Positions 62,260 to 64,000 of a stretch of DNA of 64,000 bases are shown piece after piece (within the stretch, counting starts at the first letter, position 1; each line of letters opens with the position of its first letter). This DNA comes from Lama guanicoe (lineage: Eukaryota), in contig MU056050.1 in the NCBI GenBank assembly GCA_013239625.1, positions 7,606,773 through 7,670,772 on the forward strand, in the 5' to 3' direction. The notes beneath the pieces were generated by a model. It saw nothing but the letters and a program-made list of their open reading frames with translations, made no database searches and was not told where the DNA came from. Position numbers and translations under genes: made by a program.

Positions 62260-62909
62260 CCATATGACCCAGGAATCCCCCTCCTGGGCTTGTATCCAGA
62301 AGGAAATCTACTTCAGGATGACACCTGCACCCCAGTGTTCATAGCAGCACTATTTACAATAGCCAAGACATGGAAACAGCCTAAATGTCCATCAACAGGT
62401 GACTGGATAAAGAAGAAGTGGTATATTTATACAATGGAATACTACTCAGCCATAAAAGCCGACAACATAATGCCATTTGCAGCAACATGGATGTTCCTGG
62501 AGAATGTCATTCTAAGCGAAGTAAGCCAGAAAGAGAAAGAAAAATACCATATGAGATCGCTCATATGTGGAATCTAAAAAACAAACAAACAAACAAACAA
62601 ACAAAAACAAAGCATAAATACAGGACAGAAATAGACTCATAGACAGAGAATACAGACTTGTGGTTGACAGGGGGGCAGAGGGTGGGAAAGGAAAGACTAG
62701 GATTTCAAAATTGTAGAATAGATAAGCAAGATTATACTGTATAGCACAGGGAAATATACACAAAACGTTATGGTAGCTCACAGAGAAAAAATGTGACAAT
62801 GAGTGTGTATATGTCCATGTATGACTGAAAAATTGTGCTGAACACTGGAATTTGACACAACATTGTAAAATGATTATAAATCAATAAAAAATGTTAAAAG
62901 AAAAAAAAA
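62260..62909 (+). mobile_element. Young 5'-truncated L1 (ORF2 C-terminus, 3' UTR, polyA)
   Basis: 16-bp TSD GAAAGTTGGGCT(T/C)TGA (62244-62259, 62910-62925); ORF 62290-62577 ends ...[12 protein letters not shown]. Confidence 0.93.
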
Positions 62910-64000
62910 GAAAGTTGGGCTCTGAATGCCAGGAAATAGTGCCATGTGGGAGTGGAGAGCTTGTCTAAAAGCTAAATTGAAGGAACTGTTCAGTGCTGAC
63001 TGAAATGGCCACTTCTGGGGCTTGTGAGAATTTAACTTTGTCAGCAAGAAGAAGGATCAACTTGATATATCATAGGACTTTTTCAAGGCTCCATTATGAA
63101 ACTGGATTCTTTTTTTGGAATTTTCCTTTTTCTATGCTCTATTAATTGACACCTAGTATTCCTCACATTGTCCTATATTTGTTCAAAATTCCTTATGTGC
63201 TGATTTCCTACAGTGTGCCAGGTTTGAGTAGTGGTGGGATTGGGGGAGTGAGACTGAGGGCTAGGGTAAGATACAAGGTTGAGTTAGCCATGGCACTTAC
63301 CCCCGAGGAGCTTAAAATCTAGCAAGGGAGACAGAACTTTGATCAAAAACAGTATAAAAGTGCTAGAGCAGAAGTCTGAACACAGCATCATAGGACTCCA
63401 AGGGAATAAGAAGCTGTTTAGCTGCCTCGAGATCAGGGAAGGCTTAACAAAGGAGAGGACACTTGAGCAGAGACTTGATTGATAAGTAGGCACTTGCTAG
63501 GTTGAGAAGAAGAGAAAGATCATTCTTGGCAGAGAGAACAGAGTGTCCAAAGACACAAAAGTAAGAAATATGGCTATATTTTTTGGAATGGTAAGTGAGA
63601 CTTTGTAGGAATTTGATCCATTACAAAGTTGTTCAGGCTGTTCTCTGTATAAGGGTGCCTAGCCAAGAGGTCATATAGGTGCCAATCCCTAGGTTACATT
63701 CTGCTTATCAACTCAGAACTTCTGGTAAGAAGCTGTGTATTTCTAGAGAAAGGGGTTTTATCCTACAAGTTTTTTATTATCAGAGAACCCAGTCCCTCCA
63801 TAATTTTCCATCTGCCTTAGAGCTTCATCTCAGAGTACTATGGGGAATGACCACCAAGATGTTCTCAGACTCAAATCAGGTTACAGTAGCCAACTTTTCT
63901 TGTGAATCCTTGCCGAGACCTAGGGTTGATGGTCCTTGTTTTTTTCTTGAAACCCTGACACATTCTGGGGAAGAACAAACTTGAGATGTTCTCTTTGGGA

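Overview
Mammalian genomic DNA, most likely camelid (a Vic-1-type tRNA-Ala-derived SINE is present). ARHGAP36 is X-linked in eutherians, so this is probably X. The only host gene supported is ARHGAP36 on the + strand: 11 GT-AG coding exons from ATG 22534 to TAG 29698 join into 1644 nt (547 aa plus stop), with a polyA signal at 30727. Upstream (1-22 kb) are CpG-rich putative alternative promoters, microsatellites, MIR/L2 relics and short L1s. Downstream (33-63 kb) is almost entirely L1 (one near-full-length copy, several nested, inverted or transduced copies, and an 815-N gap), plus an MLT2-like LTR and a decayed ERV-L pol. The standout feature is the last ARHGAP36 intron (27389-29540). It stays open in the ARHGAP36 frame for about 625 codons and encodes a very acidic hexapeptide-repeat polypeptide with a (GAA)38 poly-Glu tract. 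It has 441 consecutive codons without Lys or Arg and about ten LIR-like [FY]xx[LIV] motifs. It starts with a ladder of duplicated in-phase splice donors and has a distal in-phase donor at 29134/29135 that could splice it back onto the normal last exon, suggesting a hidden ARHGAP36 isoform of about 1.1k aa. Repeat family names and most repeat boundaries were judged by eye and are approximate.
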